A stretch of DNA of 64,000 bases from Chromatiaceae bacterium. Lineage in GTDB: Bacteria > Pseudomonadota > Gammaproteobacteria > SZUA-140. Positions 1 to 13,691 of this stretch are shown here, piece after piece. The notes beneath the pieces were generated by a model. That model worked only from the letters and a program-made list of their open reading frames with translations, was not told the DNA's origin and did no database searches. Every line of letters begins with the position of its first letter. Positions within the stretch are counted from its first letter, which is position 1. The stretch lies in the NCBI GenBank assembly GCA_003232725.1, contig QIJH01000218.1, positions 3,429-67,428 of the forward strand, given 5' to 3'. A program made the translations under genes and the position numbers.

Positions 1-1112
1 GACGTGTTTTAGGCGACGACACCCCCAAATACCTCAACTCCCCCGAGACCCCACTCTTTCACAAAGGGCGCGCACTTTACGGTCTGTTTGAGGCGCGCCA
101 GGCCAATCGAGACATCCAACGCCTACTGATCGTCGAAGGCTACATGGATGTGGTGATGTTGGCACAACATGGCATCCGTTATGCCGTCGCCACCCTCGGC
201 ACCGCCACCACCGTCGAACATTTAGAGTTAATGTTTCGCACCACCAGCGAAGTCGTTTTCTGTTTCGATGGCGATCGCGCCGGGCGCGAGGCCGCCAATC
301 GCGCGCTGGAAAACACCCTGCCCGCGATGCAGGCAGGCCGACAGGCACGCTTTCTGTTTCTGCCCGATGGTGAAGACCCAGACTCACTGGTACAAAAAGA
401 GGGCAAAGTAGCGCTCGAAGCACGCATTGATACGGCCGCACCACTCTCCACCTATCTCTACGAACACCTCGCTAAACAGGTCGACATGAGCAACATCGAT
501 GGGCAGGCGCGCCTGGTGGAACTGGCACGACCGCACCTCAAAAAGCTACCCACAGGCGTCTTCAAACATATGATGGTGACTCGCCTCGCAGAGATCACAC
601 GCATGGAAGAACGTACACTTAGCCATCTACTTGGCAGCAACGAGCCCATGACCACAAGCGCTCCTCGACCAAGCAAGCAGAGACCACGCGGCAATAAGCA
701 AGGCAAGCAGCCATCACTGGTACGCCAAGCGATCACCCTACTGCTCAACACCCCCGCATTGGCGCAACTTGAAGCAGAACCACAGCGCTTTGCCTCACTC
801 AATGCGCCCGGCATCACACTTTTAATCGAATTACTTGAAATGTTGAGAACCAGCCCACATCTCACTACCGGTGCAGTGCTAGAACGATGGCGTGAACGAG
901 AAGAGGGCCGCTATCTAGCTAAATTAGTACAGCAGGAAAACTTGGTCGACAATGAACATCAAGAGCAGGAATTTCGCGATCTGTTGCAGCAACTCTACCG
1001 TCAATACCGCACGCAACGGATTGAGTTCCTATGCAACAAACCAACATCTGAACATTCAAATGCCGAGAAACTGGAATTACAACGTCTACTTAAAGAGAAA
1101 TCAGGCATTTAA
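1..1112 (+). CDS. dnaG: DNA primase DnaG, C-terminal part (5' end lies outside window)
   Basis: Frame open from base 3. Translation ...LIVEGYMDVVMLAQHGIRYAVATLGTATT...FCFDGDRAGREAANRA matches the Toprim core and C-terminal DnaB-interaction region. Sits immediately upstream of rpoD as in the dnaG-rpoD operon. Confidence 0.9.
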   Translation, partial: RVLGDDTPKYLNSPETPLFHKGRALYGLFEARQANRDIQRLLIVEGYMDVVMLAQHGIRYAVATLGTATTVEHLELMFRTTSEVVFCFDGDRAGREAANRALENTLPAMQAGRQARFLFLPDGEDPDSLVQKEGKVALEARIDTAAPLSTYLYEHLAKQVDMSNIDGQARLVELARPHLKKLPTGVFKHMMVTRLAEITRMEERTLSHLLGSNEPMTTSAPRPSKQRPRGNKQGKQPSLVRQAITLLLNTPALAQLEAEPQRFASLNAPGITLLIELLEMLRTSPHLTTGAVLERWREREEGRYLAKLVQQENLVDNEHQEQEFRDLLQQLYRQYRTQRIEFLCNKPTSEHSNAEKLELQRLLKEKSGI

Positions 1113-1238
1113 TCACTATTAGCGTCGCCAAAGCGCCAAAGGCATGTTATTGGGCTTCTCAGACCCCACTGAAATGTTATAGAATAGCGGGCTATTTTTT
1201 GCTCACGCATCACTGTATGAAGGAAGGGCTCACGCCAC

Positions 1239-3044
<1,806 letters not shown>

Positions 3045-3069
3045 TCACTAGCCGCAACAGAAACAGCAA

Positions 3070-3098
3070 GGCGAAGCTAACCACTTCGCCTTTTTTGC
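3070..3098 (+). terminator. Rho-independent terminator downstream of rpoD
   Basis: ggcgaag-ctaacca-cttcgcc hairpin followed by TTTTTTGCTTTT. Confidence 0.6.
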
Positions 3099-3171
3099 TT
3101 TTATCACAACAGAATGACAAAAATCAGGTGACGTAGCTTTTAGCAAAACGTTATACTGCACACCCTAATAA

Positions 3172-3248
<77 letters not shown>

Positions 3249-3486
3249 TACGAATCAATAAGTTACACACCGTACCCGCTATCCAACAAAATTCATGGAA
3301 GCATTCCCATGAAATAAGCACGCTCCTTTCTTTTCTCGACATTAAAGATCAATCCTTGTGTTTAGCACACTAAACACTAAATATGTCATGTATGGTGGTT
3401 TAGCAATTTGCTATACACAACAAAATTTGAACATGATTCAACCCACACAACATCACTATGACCATTAAATACAAAGGGAGGCACGC

Positions 3487-3718
3487 TTGGAACCCTACCA
3501 ACCCCAAACACTCCCCCTTAAAAACCTGGATTACGCCAAACTAATCACCCTGGTTGGTGAGGCCAACGCTGCCTTAGCTGAATACAACGGGTTGTTACAA
3601 TCCATGGTAAATCCTGCTGTGATGCTATCTCCCCTTATCAACCAGGAAGCCGTGTTTTACTTGTATCGAGGGAACTCAGACCATCGTTGAAACAGTGCAG
3701 TGCACCGCCTGCCTATAG
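3487..3718 (+). pseudogene. Fic/DOC family protein remnant (Fic_N domain only, frameshifted and truncated)
   Basis: The 3487-3690 ORF (TTG start) encodes ...YQPQTLPLKNLDYAKLITLVGEANAALAEYNGLLQSMVNPAVMLSPLINQEAV, which has the Fic N-terminal-domain pattern. The expected continuation (IEGTQTIVETVQ) is in another frame (3665-3718) and then stops. No HPFx[DE]GNGR core follows. Confidence 0.5.
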
Positions 3719-3744
3719 CGTATAACAATATAAACAGTGATGAC

Positions 3745-3774
3745 GCTGGCAACAATCGCATCGCCGTTGCCAGC
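3745..3774 (-). terminator. Hairpin (9-bp stem gctggcaac/gttgccagc) downstream of the 3855-4130 minus-strand gene
   Basis: Perfect 9-bp inverted repeat with 12-nt loop. A U-rich tract follows on the minus strand. Confidence 0.35.
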
Positions 3775-3854
3775 GACTCCAACAAGAATCCCTGATTAAT
3801 GATTAGCAAACAAAAGATCAGCTAGTTACACCATCAACTCAAGTGATAGCGACC

Positions 3855-4130
3855 CTATCCCACCGCATCGCCTTCACCAGGTTTCTGAAGTTCCTGTGAC
3901 TCCTCTTCAATACGCCGCACCCCAAAGATCACCTTCGGCGGTATTCCCATTTCGAGATCGACACCATTAACACGATAGTTTGAACCGCGCTGTTTTAGGA
4001 TATCGTTCACCTTCTCCTGCTTTTTCATCGCCGCCATAATCGTATCCGCAATCAGCTCATCGCTGCTGAACTCGGTCGTTTTATCCATCACCTTGACGGA
4101 AAGTTCTTTTGCCTTGTCGAAGAATGCCAT
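3855..4130 (-). CDS. hypothetical protein (91 aa)
   Basis: ORF with an AGGGG RBS 6-7 nt upstream of ATG. Begins MAFFDKAKELSVKVMDKTTEF.... I recognise no family. Confidence 0.4.
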   Translation of the reverse strand: MAFFDKAKELSVKVMDKTTEFSSDELIADTIMAAMKKQEKVNDILKQRGSNYRVNGVDLEMGIPPKVIFGVRRIEEESQELQKPGEGDAVG

Positions 4131-4555
4131 CGCCTACCCCTATTAGTGATTACCGTTACCACAGCCGCCCGGTGAGCCCGCTGCTGAGGCGAGGGTCTTG
4201 TTGGCATCCTCAAAAAAGTCCTGCCAGCCACTGGCCATCGTATTTCCGATAAATAGCATCCACCGGTAACGCTGCGAGCTGTGGCAACACAACTTGCACA
4301 GACTGGTCCGCTTGCAACAGGCCGCATTCGTTACACTCCAGTTATAGAGATGGGTGTCACCTGAATTACTAACGATAACGCCTCCTCATCAAGACAAAAC
4401 GCACAGCCCATTCTCATGAGTTAAATAAAAACACAGCAAAAACAAACAATTTAATGTATAATTTGTCGCCTTGCTGGAATCATCCCGCAAGTTCGTGCGC
4501 CCTCTTAGACTCATATTGAGGTGCACGACCCTAGAACACTACAGGTATTTTACAG

Positions 4556-6409
4556 ATGTCATCACCCTCTGATAGCTTTTCGCAGCTAGCACTTTCCGCC
4601 CCTATCCTTCGCGCACTGGATGATGTTGGCTACGAGTCACCATCACCCATTCAAGCAGAAGCGATCCCGCATCTACTTGAAGGACACGACATTATAGGAC
4701 AGGCGCAGACCGGTACCGGTAAGACCGCTGCATTTGCACTACCGCTACTGAACAACATCGATCTAACACAAAAAACCCCGCAACTACTGGTACTGGCCCC
4801 AACACGCGAACTCGCGATCCAGGTGGCCGAGGCATTTCAGAGCTATGCACGTCACCTAAAGGGGTTTCATGTGCTGCCAATCTACGGCGGCCAAAGCATG
4901 GACACCCAGCTACGCCAGCTAAAACGCGGGGTACATGTCGTCGTGGGTACTCCTGGTCGCGTGATGGACCACTTGCGTCGTAAAACGATGTCACTCGCTG
5001 GCCTGAAATCACTCGTACTGGATGAAGCCGATGAAATGCTGAAGATGGGCTTTATCGATGACGTTGAATGGATCTTGGAACAGACACCAGAGACGCGTCA
5101 AATCGCGCTATTCTCAGCAACGATGCCAGATGTGATCCGTAAGGTTGCGAATCGTTACCTGAAAAACCCAAAGACGGTCAAGATCAAATCTGAATCGACC
5201 ACTGTTGATACCATCAATCAAAAATACTGGCAGGTCAGCGGCCTGCATAAGCTCGATGCGCTGACCCGCATCCTGGAAGTCGAAGAGCTCGATGCCGCAA
5301 TCATCTTTGTGCGCACCAAAAATGCCACCGCTGAACTGGCGCAGAAACTCGAAGCACGCGGCTATTCCTGCGCGGCACTGAGTGGTGATATCACTCAGGT
5401 GCTGCGCGAACGCACCGTTAATCAACTGAAAAAAGGGGTGATCGATATCATCGTTGCGACCGACGTTGCGGCGCGTGGCCTCGATGTGCCTCGCATCAGC
5501 CACGTGATCAACTACGACATCCCGTATGACACAGAAGCCTATGTTCACCGTATCGGTCGTACTGGTCGCGCCGGCCGCAAAGGCACCGCAATTTTATTTG
5601 TCGCGCCACGCGAGACCCGTATGCTGCGTGCGATTGAGCGCGCTACCAATAAAAAGATCGAGCGCATGCAACTGCCTTCGATTGAAGCAGTTAGCAACAA
5701 GCGTGTTACCGAATTTAAGCAGCAGATCCTCGATACCATCAAGTCTGAAGACCTAACATTTTTTAACGAAGTGTTGATGCAGATCGAAACAGAGCAGAAC
5801 ATCAGTCCAAATGATGTTGCCGCCGCACTCACCTATCTATTGCAGAAAGAACGGCCATTGATGCCTAAGGCGCAGGCGATGCCAAAAGACCGTAAAGCGC
5901 GTGACCGTACCGCGGACAACCGAGACCGCCCTCGCGAAAAACGTCCAGCACCTGGTTCACTCGGCAAGGCACGCCGTTTGAAAAAACATCCTGAAGTTGA
6001 AATGGCACGTTACCGTATTGAAGTTGGCAAGCATCATGAAGCTTCGCCAGGCGACATCGTTGGCGCCATTGCAAATGAAGCAGAGATCGACAGCCAGTAC
6101 ATTGGCGATATCAAACTCTATGATGACTTCAGCACTGTCGATCTACCCGCTGACATGCCAGCCGATGTCTTCCAGCTACTGAAAAAAGCCCGCGTACGCC
6201 AACAGGCACTAGCAATCTCAATCACTAAAGATGGCGCATTTGGCAATAAGGGCGGCGCAAGAAGTGGCACTGATAAAAAGCGTGAATTTTCCGACAAAAA
6301 AGGCGGTGATCGTCAAAAGAAATCGGGCAAAGAAAAATTCGTGAATAAAAAGGCCGCCAGTCAGGCTAAAAAACCAAAGAGCAAAGAACAAATCTCGCTC
6401 TCTAAATAA
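4556..6409 (+). CDS. deaD: ATP-dependent DEAD-box RNA helicase DeaD/CsdA
   Basis: Q-motif, motif I AQTGTGKT, DEAD (LVLDEADEM), SAT, HRIGRTGRAG. C-terminal DbpA-like RNA-binding domain and basic K/R/G-rich tail. 617 aa. Confidence 0.93.
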   Translation: MSSPSDSFSQLALSAPILRALDDVGYESPSPIQAEAIPHLLEGHDIIGQAQTGTGKTAAFALPLLNNIDLTQKTPQLLVLAPTRELAIQVAEAFQSYARHLKGFHVLPIYGGQSMDTQLRQLKRGVHVVVGTPGRVMDHLRRKTMSLAGLKSLVLDEADEMLKMGFIDDVEWILEQTPETRQIALFSATMPDVIRKVANRYLKNPKTVKIKSESTTVDTINQKYWQVSGLHKLDALTRILEVEELDAAIIFVRTKNATAELAQKLEARGYSCAALSGDITQVLRERTVNQLKKGVIDIIVATDVAARGLDVPRISHVINYDIPYDTEAYVHRIGRTGRAGRKGTAILFVAPRETRMLRAIERATNKKIERMQLPSIEAVSNKRVTEFKQQILDTIKSEDLTFFNEVLMQIETEQNISPNDVAAALTYLLQKERPLMPKAQAMPKDRKARDRTADNRDRPREKRPAPGSLGKARRLKKHPEVEMARYRIEVGKHHEASPGDIVGAIANEAEIDSQYIGDIKLYDDFSTVDLPADMPADVFQLLKKARVRQQALAISITKDGAFGNKGGARSGTDKKREFSDKKGGDRQKKSGKEKFVNKKAASQAKKPKSKEQISLSK

Positions 6410-6485
6410 AGTAGGCATTCACGCCTGGAATAAAGTCGTTGTTCCGGTATCCTAAAAAACCGGGACGGCGATCACTTTAACCAAC

Positions 6486-7730
6486 CTACCCTCGCAATAT
6501 CTTTTCTATCGCGTCAACATCTGCCTGTGCTGCCTCCAGCACACGCAATGTCATCTTTGGGCCAAGCCTGCCAAGCGAAAATTTAGTAAATGAAGGAACC
6601 GCATCGATTGCCGGATATTCCGCCATCTTCGGTGTATCGATAAAACTATAGAGCTGTGCCAATACAACCACATCGCAATAGTCAGGCTTAGGACCACCAT
6701 CGCGATACCAATCATGTGAACCACGCACCACATCGATCACATCCAGATCAAAATCCCAACGCCTCAACACTTGCACGCCCACCTCACAACTCAACTCTTC
6801 AATCACCTGACTCAACATTGCGGCATCTTCAACAAGCTCTGGGTATTTTGCCGCATAGTTAATCACAGGCAGCGCGCCAATGTTATATACTAACCCAGCT
6901 AACATCGCGCGATCTTCATCAAGCCCTCGCCCATGGCGTGAAATTACCGCACACAATGCAGCCAAGTGAGTACTACGCTGCCACGCTTTACGCATAAACG
7001 CTTGAAGCAATGGCGATTCGCTTTCGAATAACTGTTGTAATGAACAACCAATCACGAGATCCCGTGTCACCTGCAATCCCATTCGAGAGACTGCCATCTG
7101 GCAAGTGGTAATCGCCGATTTACCACGATACATAGGACTATTTGCCACCTTCAACAGACGTCCTGCCAACGGCGGGTCAGCCATCACGATCCGTGCCACT
7201 TCAGAAACATCAGACCCTTTATCCTTGACCGCAACCTGCACTTGCAGTGCGATATCAGGCAGACTGGGGATTTTAAGTTTACTGGCTTTTGAATCACGTT
7301 CAATATCGGCCATCAAATGCTCAATCAACGCCGCCTTATCGAGCGAAATATTGCCATCTATCTTATCTGGCGGTGGTGCATCACCCAGCGCCTTTCTCAC
7401 CTCATCATCACTCAAACGAAAAACAACCACTCGACTGCTAGCGCGAATCGTCCATTGGCAAGGCTTAGTGAAACTCAGCGGCAATTTAGCCTTATCAGTG
7501 TTTGCGCTCACCACCTCATCATCACGACCAGGCGCCACCATAGAGACATCGCCTGACACCAGAAAATAAGTCCAGGGCTCATTCGAACCGTGATGCGCGA
7601 TGGTCTCACCTGCTAGCAGCGTCTCAAAATAACTATCCCGAGAGAGCTGCAGTAACGCCACTGCATCAAGTTTATCCAGCGGGGAAAAGATGCCCATTAT
7701 GGCTGGATTGACCAGCTTATCCGTCTTCAT
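6486..7730 (-). CDS. cyclic-nucleotide-binding domain + HDOD domain signalling protein
   Basis: N-terminal cNMP-binding-like beta-barrel (ETIAHHGSNEPWTYFLVSGDVSMV). C-terminal HDOD-like helical domain (LPDIALQVQVAVKDKGSDVSEVARIVMADPPLAGRLLKVANSPMY...). Confidence 0.75.
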   Translation of the reverse strand: MKTDKLVNPAIMGIFSPLDKLDAVALLQLSRDSYFETLLAGETIAHHGSNEPWTYFLVSGDVSMVAPGRDDEVVSANTDKAKLPLSFTKPCQWTIRASSRVVVFRLSDDEVRKALGDAPPPDKIDGNISLDKAALIEHLMADIERDSKASKLKIPSLPDIALQVQVAVKDKGSDVSEVARIVMADPPLAGRLLKVANSPMYRGKSAITTCQMAVSRMGLQVTRDLVIGCSLQQLFESESPLLQAFMRKAWQRSTHLAALCAVISRHGRGLDEDRAMLAGLVYNIGALPVINYAAKYPELVEDAAMLSQVIEELSCEVGVQVLRRWDFDLDVIDVVRGSHDWYRDGGPKPDYCDVVVLAQLYSFIDTPKMAEYPAIDAVPSFTKFSLGRLGPKMTLRVLEAAQADVDAIEKILRG

Positions 7731-7845
7731 TTACTGCGCCTCACGTCAAAAATACCTCTACTAAGAAAGGTTATATCATCCATGTATTGATCATATAGCA
7801 AACACCAGAAAGAATATTAGCCAAATTCTAAGATGGCATCAGGGT

Positions 7846-8640
7846 TTATACTATAATTAGATAACACCCGATAACAAACAATAACAATGCAAAGCCCCTC
7901 TTCAACACCCTCGGTGACAATAATTGATGCGTCATTCGCGCCCCAAATGGCGCACATACAACACTACTTGTCACCACGCCAATCAATGCAGGCCAATACA
8001 GGTAACCACTGCTCCACTGGGGCAAGCCATCAGCACCTATACCGGCCAACCAATAACCCAGCGCACCCGCCATCGCAATCGGCAACCCACATGCAGCAGA
8101 GGTCGCAATCGCCTGACGCACAGCGACACCGCACCACAACAGAAACGGCGTAGTCATCGAGCCACCACCAATACCAATCAGCGCAGAGATCATCCCAATC
8201 ACACCACCGACACCGGCCAGCACAACACGACCAGGCAGGTGATGACCCACCTCAGGTCGCAACTCCAGTACCATCTGAAACGCCACCAACAACGCAAATG
8301 CCGCGAAGATTTTCTGCAGCCAGCCACTGGAAATTTGGCCTGCCAAAAATGCACCGCACAGTGCGCCCACCATAATCCCGGCGCTCAAGCGAACAACAAC
8401 CGCCCACTGCACCGCGCCATACTGGTGGTGGGTACGGATTGATGACAGTGAAGTTACCACGATCGTCGCCAGTGATGTCCCCAGTGCGAGGTGCATAATG
8501 ACACCCGGATCAAACCCTTGCGCTTTAAAAATAAACGCCAGCACTGGCACAATAATCAGACCACCACCAATACCAAACATTCCCGCCAATGTTCCCGCCA
8601 ACGCGCCCAGCAATAAATAATAGAGCAGCGCCTCGATCAT
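7846..8640 (-). CDS. TauE/SafE (TSUP, DUF81) family anion exporter
   Basis: 264 aa, multi-pass membrane protein with duplicated GxGGG-containing halves (MFGIGGGLIIVPVL...; LIGIGGGSMTTPFLLW). Confidence 0.8.
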   Translation of the reverse strand: MIEALLYYLLLGALAGTLAGMFGIGGGLIIVPVLAFIFKAQGFDPGVIMHLALGTSLATIVVTSLSSIRTHHQYGAVQWAVVVRLSAGIMVGALCGAFLAGQISSGWLQKIFAAFALLVAFQMVLELRPEVGHHLPGRVVLAGVGGVIGMISALIGIGGGSMTTPFLLWCGVAVRQAIATSAACGLPIAMAGALGYWLAGIGADGLPQWSSGYLYWPALIGVVTSSVVCAPFGARMTHQLLSPRVLKRGFALLLFVIGCYLIIV

Positions 8641-8766
8641 CGTTTACCCTAACCCCTCATTGAGTGCTAAAATCCCAAGGTTCAGTATAGCGCCTTTATA
8701 AAAAAGGTATGATCGACACGCTAACGTTATTTTTTGAGATCAATAGTGAAAATGGGGGAGAGGCAG

Positions 8767-9747
8767 ATGTATCCAAAGGTTTCAGCCACACATAATAAGA
8801 TTATTGCTGTTCTGGGCGGAAGCGGCTTTGTCGGACAACATTTAGTTCGCACACTGGTGGAAGCAGGCTATCAGGTACGCGTGCTGGCACGCCACCGCGA
8901 GCGTTGCCGTGAACTACTGGTGTTACCTCGCGTCAGCGTCATCGACACCAATATCATGACCCTCTCAAACCTGCACAAACACCTCGCTGGCTGCAGCGCG
9001 GTGATCAATCTAGTCGCCGTACTGAATGAAAATAAAAAAGGGGTCTTTCAGCGCCTGCATGTTGACCTGCCACAGATGATCATTGACGCCTGTGTCATCA
9101 ATAAAATTGACCGCGTGATTCACATGAGCGCACTCAATGCCTATTCAGGTAAAGCACCCAGCCGCTATCTCACCAGCAAAGGAAAAGGAGAAGACACCAT
9201 TCACACTGGCGCTGATGATGGGATCAATGTGACCACCCTGCGCCCATCTGTGATTTTTGGCCCTGGCGACAACCTCTTTAACCGCTTCTCATCACTGCTT
9301 AAATTTGTCACGCACCTGCCTTTGGCATGCCCCAACGCACGCTTTGCACCGGTCTATGTGAATGACGTGGTCGATGTCATTGTTAAATCGCTCAGCGAAA
9401 AGGCAACCTTCGGCCAACGCTATGACCTGTGCGGCCCTCGCGTCTATACCCTGCAACAGCTGGTCGAATTCACGATTAAGACACTCGGCATTAATCGCAA
9501 GGTGATCCCACTTGGCAACGGCACATCTAAATTAATGGCGCGTATCTTAAGCATCGCACCGGGCAAACCACTCACTTACGATAACTACCTCTCTATGCAG
9601 ATCGATAGCGTTAGCAACGAGAAATTTCCCACCATTTTTAACATCACACCGCAACCGATGGAAGCGATCGTACCACGCTACCTGATGAACCAGAATCAGC
9701 GCGGCCAATTTGATCGCTTCCGTCTTTATGCCGGGCGTGACGATTAA
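8767..9747 (+). CDS. NAD(P)-binding epimerase/dehydratase family protein (complex I NDUFA9-like SDR)
   Basis: Rossmann motif IAVLGGSGFVGQHLVRTL. Chosen start is the ATG preceded by GGGGGAGAGG; the ORF track started at an upstream TTG at 8734. Confidence 0.72.
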   Translation: MYPKVSATHNKIIAVLGGSGFVGQHLVRTLVEAGYQVRVLARHRERCRELLVLPRVSVIDTNIMTLSNLHKHLAGCSAVINLVAVLNENKKGVFQRLHVDLPQMIIDACVINKIDRVIHMSALNAYSGKAPSRYLTSKGKGEDTIHTGADDGINVTTLRPSVIFGPGDNLFNRFSSLLKFVTHLPLACPNARFAPVYVNDVVDVIVKSLSEKATFGQRYDLCGPRVYTLQQLVEFTIKTLGINRKVIPLGNGTSKLMARILSIAPGKPLTYDNYLSMQIDSVSNEKFPTIFNITPQPMEAIVPRYLMNQNQRGQFDRFRLYAGRDD

Positions 9748-9773
9748 CCTAAACGACTAAGGCACCACCGTAG

Positions 9774-10991
9774 ATGGAAATCTATATGGTCGGCGGTGCC
9801 GTTCGCGATAAACTGCTGGGGCTGCCCATCAAAGACCGCGACTGGGTGGTGGTGGGCGCAACCCCGGAAGAGATGCTCGCACAGGGATATACCCAGGTGG
9901 GGCAGGACTTCCCCGTTTTCCTGCACCCAGAAACAAAAGAAGAGTACGCCCTCGCACGCACTGAACGAAAAACGGCTACGGGCTACACCGGATTTGAAGT
10001 ACATGCCTCACCGGATGTGACTCTTGAAGAAGACCTTAAGCGCCGCGATCTCACCATCAACGCGATGGCACTCACCCTCAATGGCAATCTGGTCGACCCG
10101 CTCCACGGCGTGCGTGATCTGCAGCAGCAACTGCTCCGACATGTCTCGCCCGCCTTTATTGAAGACCCTGTGCGCGTACTACGTGTCGCGCGCTTTGCTA
10201 CACGCCTGGCACCATTAGGATTTACAATCGCGGAGGAGACACAAGCACTATTAAAAGAGATCGTCGAAGCCGACGAAGTGGACGCACTAGTGCCCGAACG
10301 CGTCTGGGCCGAGATCGAGCGTGCGCTCAATGAACCGCGCCCCTCAACCTTTTTCACCACACTACGCGAATGCGGTGCACTCGCACGCGTTTTGCCAGAA
10401 GTCGATGCACTCTTCGGCGTACCGCAACCAGAACACTATCACCCAGAAATCGATAGCGGTATTCACACCATGATGGTGCTTGATAGCGCAGCCACACTCA
10501 CCACCGATCCAGAAGTACGCTTTGCCGCACTCTGTCACGATCTGGGAAAAGGCAATACGCCACGAGACAAATGGCCTAGTCACCACGGCCATGAAGAACG
10601 CGGCGTGAAATTAACACAAACACTGTGCAAACGAATGCGTGTTCCAAAACGTTTCCAGGCGCTTGCAATACTGGTCGCACGTTACCACACTCATTGCCAT
10701 CGCGCCGCCGAACTCCGTTCAACCACGCTGTTAAAAACGCTAGAATCCCTCGATGCCTTTCGTCGTCCCGCACGCCTTGAACAGTTCCTTACTGCATGTA
10801 AAGCAGATTCACGCGGGCGCACGGGTTATGAAACCTGCGATTATCCACAGGCAGCACTCTTCTCACTTGCCTATCGCGCCGCAAATGCAGTTGATATTCG
10901 CACTATCGTTGCTCAAGGCCATCACGGTACAGCACTTGCCGACAAAATTCATGCTGCTCGCGCTCGCGCCATAAAGGTCGCCATTCAATAA
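9774..10991 (+). CDS. cca: multifunctional CCA-adding tRNA nucleotidyltransferase with HD domain
   Basis: [34 protein letters not shown]...[16 protein letters not shown] head domain plus C-terminal HD phosphohydrolase ([17 protein letters not shown]...CHDLGKG). Confidence 0.92.
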   Translation: MEIYMVGGAVRDKLLGLPIKDRDWVVVGATPEEMLAQGYTQVGQDFPVFLHPETKEEYALARTERKTATGYTGFEVHASPDVTLEEDLKRRDLTINAMALTLNGNLVDPLHGVRDLQQQLLRHVSPAFIEDPVRVLRVARFATRLAPLGFTIAEETQALLKEIVEADEVDALVPERVWAEIERALNEPRPSTFFTTLRECGALARVLPEVDALFGVPQPEHYHPEIDSGIHTMMVLDSAATLTTDPEVRFAALCHDLGKGNTPRDKWPSHHGHEERGVKLTQTLCKRMRVPKRFQALAILVARYHTHCHRAAELRSTTLLKTLESLDAFRRPARLEQFLTACKADSRGRTGYETCDYPQAALFSLAYRAANAVDIRTIVAQGHHGTALADKIHAARARAIKVAIQ

Positions 10992-11113
10992 CCACCGCAT
11001 GCGCATCATTAAACTTTATCAATTCGCGTGCGATATAGGTATAATCGCTCGCAAGCGGCTCACGGCCACACAGGTCAACGAATATAATATTTGCCGCACC
11101 GCAAGAGAAAGAG

Positions 11114-11461
11114 ATGTCGCATAATTCCGGAAACAATCAGATTATCATTGAGGGCGTCTGCAACGACGGCAAAAAGTTCCGCCCGTCAGACTGGGTTGAG
11201 CGAATCTCATCCGCGCTAGCCAGCTTCGGCCCTGACCATAAATTACGCTACTCAGAACATGTCCAGCCCTGCATCATCAACGGCGCACGCTGTCTGATTG
11301 TTGCCAGAGGCCTCAGCCTTAACGACCCGGAAGCATTCAGCTTCATTCTACAGTTCGCACGCAAAAACCAGCTGCGCATCCAGGAAAAACACCTGATCAA
11401 AGAGTGGGGATATAACTTTCCTGATGATGACGATAACAACGAATTAATCGCAAACGGCTGA
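11114..11461 (+). CDS. DUF3579-like conserved hypothetical protein
   Basis: 115 aa. IIIEGVCNDGKKFRPSDWVERISSALASFGPDHKLRYSEHVQPCIINGARCLIV matches my recollection of the DUF3579 signature (GKKFRPSDWAERL...DH.L.YS..V.P). Confidence 0.5.
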   Translation: MSHNSGNNQIIIEGVCNDGKKFRPSDWVERISSALASFGPDHKLRYSEHVQPCIINGARCLIVARGLSLNDPEAFSFILQFARKNQLRIQEKHLIKEWGYNFPDDDDNNELIANG

Positions 11462-11682
11462 GAAATACCGCTATTCCCCTGCAAACCTAGCTGTTACAGC
11501 AAATAATAGACCACTATCTGCAACCAATTGAATTCCATCAGCATCCCCTGAAAACAGCTATTCCTTCTCTAATTTCGCCACTGCAAAACCTTGACTACAG
11601 CCACAGTCTCGTGACAAGCTGATCTTCCGCCGCGCTAACTTGCGCGAGGAAAGAGTCGGAAAAGACGTTTTGAACCAAACAT

Positions 11683-11943
11683 ATGGAGACCCATAATATG
11701 TACGGAAAACGACATCAATTAACGCATGAATTCCCGGACTTGCAACACGCCATCTATCAACTCAAAAACCAGGACAACGATTTTGCGTCTCTTTTAAAAG
11801 AATACGAGCACACAGACAAAACCATTCACGTGCTTGAAAAGCAACAACAACCTACCACCGATGCTCGTATGCTTGATCTTAAGGTGAAACGCCTAAACCT
11901 TAAAGACCAACTGTATAGTGAATTAAAACAGTATCACTCATAA
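11683..11943 (+). CDS. YdcH/DUF465 family protein
   Basis: 86 aa. HEFPDLQHAIYQLKNQDNDFASLLKEYEHTDKTIHVLEKQ...LKVKRLNLKDQLYSELKQ fits the DUF465 two-helix pattern. Confidence 0.6.
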   Translation: METHNMYGKRHQLTHEFPDLQHAIYQLKNQDNDFASLLKEYEHTDKTIHVLEKQQQPTTDARMLDLKVKRLNLKDQLYSELKQYHS

Positions 11944-12054
11944 TCGCTCAAACAATTCGACAATGGCAAACGGTAGACTCAATGTTAACTAACACCTCAT
12001 CACTAACGCGATATTGAAGTATTAGTGATGAGGTTCACGCCATACTGAAGCCTC

Positions 12055-12744
<690 letters not shown>

Positions 12745-12815
12745 TTAAAAGGACGCGTGGCAACAAACAAGGGCAGGCATTATACAAATTTCAACAGGAA
12801 ACTCGAAACAGAGTG

Positions 12816-13691
12816 TCACTGCCGAATTTGATTTCCCTCATTCTGATCATCGCGCCGAAAGAGATTATGATCCGCTAAGTACTCAAGAAAGCCACCACCA
12901 TCCCAATAAGTATACACCCCACCACTGCCACCCTGGTCTGGGCCAGTAGTATACGTATATTGCCCACCACTGACCGTTTGCTTAACCAGAGACTTATCGC
13001 TAAAGAAAGTCGGAATGGCATTGTTATCATAATCACCCTGGTCGCCAAAATTATCTGTCAGCAACTCAAATTGGTTTGAAACAATCCCAGGGGTATCTAT
13101 CGTGCCATAATCGATCATGCTCATGTCGATCTGGAAATCCATTCTCACATCAGCATTGGTGATCAGCTGGCTAATTAATGGCTTAAACTGAAGGCTATCC
13201 TTCAAAAACCACTGAGTAATTTCCTCATCCTTGATCATAGTTCTCATCACCACTCGCCTCGGGTTACCTGAACCACTTCCGTTAGCTAATCCACCAAGAC
13301 TATTACTGGCCGACCTGGGGAATGGGTCATAGAATCGACTCGCCTGATAACAGCAACCACTGGCATCGATGTAAACCTCTTGAGCAAAATCGCTATCTAA
13401 ATCACCAATAATTGAATGGTAATAGCGAATACCATCAATATAAACCACTTCCTGCAGGAACGGGGTTGGATCCGTGTATCGAGCATTACTACCACCCAAG
13501 GCACAACGCAATTCAGTCCCCCCGCGATTACAATCGATCGTTAAAACAGGATCCTCAGCCTCATTGACAAAACCAAGCTGAAAACCAGATTGTTCCGCCC
13601 AAGAGATGCTCACACACCAGATTCCAGCTAAAGCTGAAAACATGCCTATAAAGGCTTTATTTAACATTACACCCACCCTTAAACACTTCAA
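12816..13691 (-). CDS. secreted hypothetical protein (signal peptide; Gly/Tyr/Asp-rich C-terminus)
   Basis: Hydrophobic N-terminus ...FIGMFSALAGIWCVSISWA-EQ. No recognised domain. Flanked upstream by about 250 bp of AT-rich DNA. Confidence 0.55.
   Translation of the reverse strand: MKCLRVGVMLNKAFIGMFSALAGIWCVSISWAEQSGFQLGFVNEAEDPVLTIDCNRGGTELRCALGGSNARYTDPTPFLQEVVYIDGIRYYHSIIGDLDSDFAQEVYIDASGCCYQASRFYDPFPRSASNSLGGLANGSGSGNPRRVVMRTMIKDEEITQWFLKDSLQFKPLISQLITNADVRMDFQIDMSMIDYGTIDTPGIVSNQFELLTDNFGDQGDYDNNAIPTFFSDKSLVKQTVSGGQYTYTTGPDQGGSGGVYTYWDGGGFLEYLADHNLFRRDDQNEGNQIRQ

Noticed and set aside
4131-4340. Alternative minus-strand reading frames upstream of the 3855-4130 gene encode Cys-rich strings (…AACCKRTSLCKLCCHS…; LECNECGLLQADQSVQVV…) that looked like a possible RiPP precursor or zinc-ribbon microprotein
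   Set aside because: No in-frame ATG/GTG/TTG with a Shine-Dalgarno motif, and the frames are mutually overlapping. Most likely this is the 5' UTR of the downstream gene.
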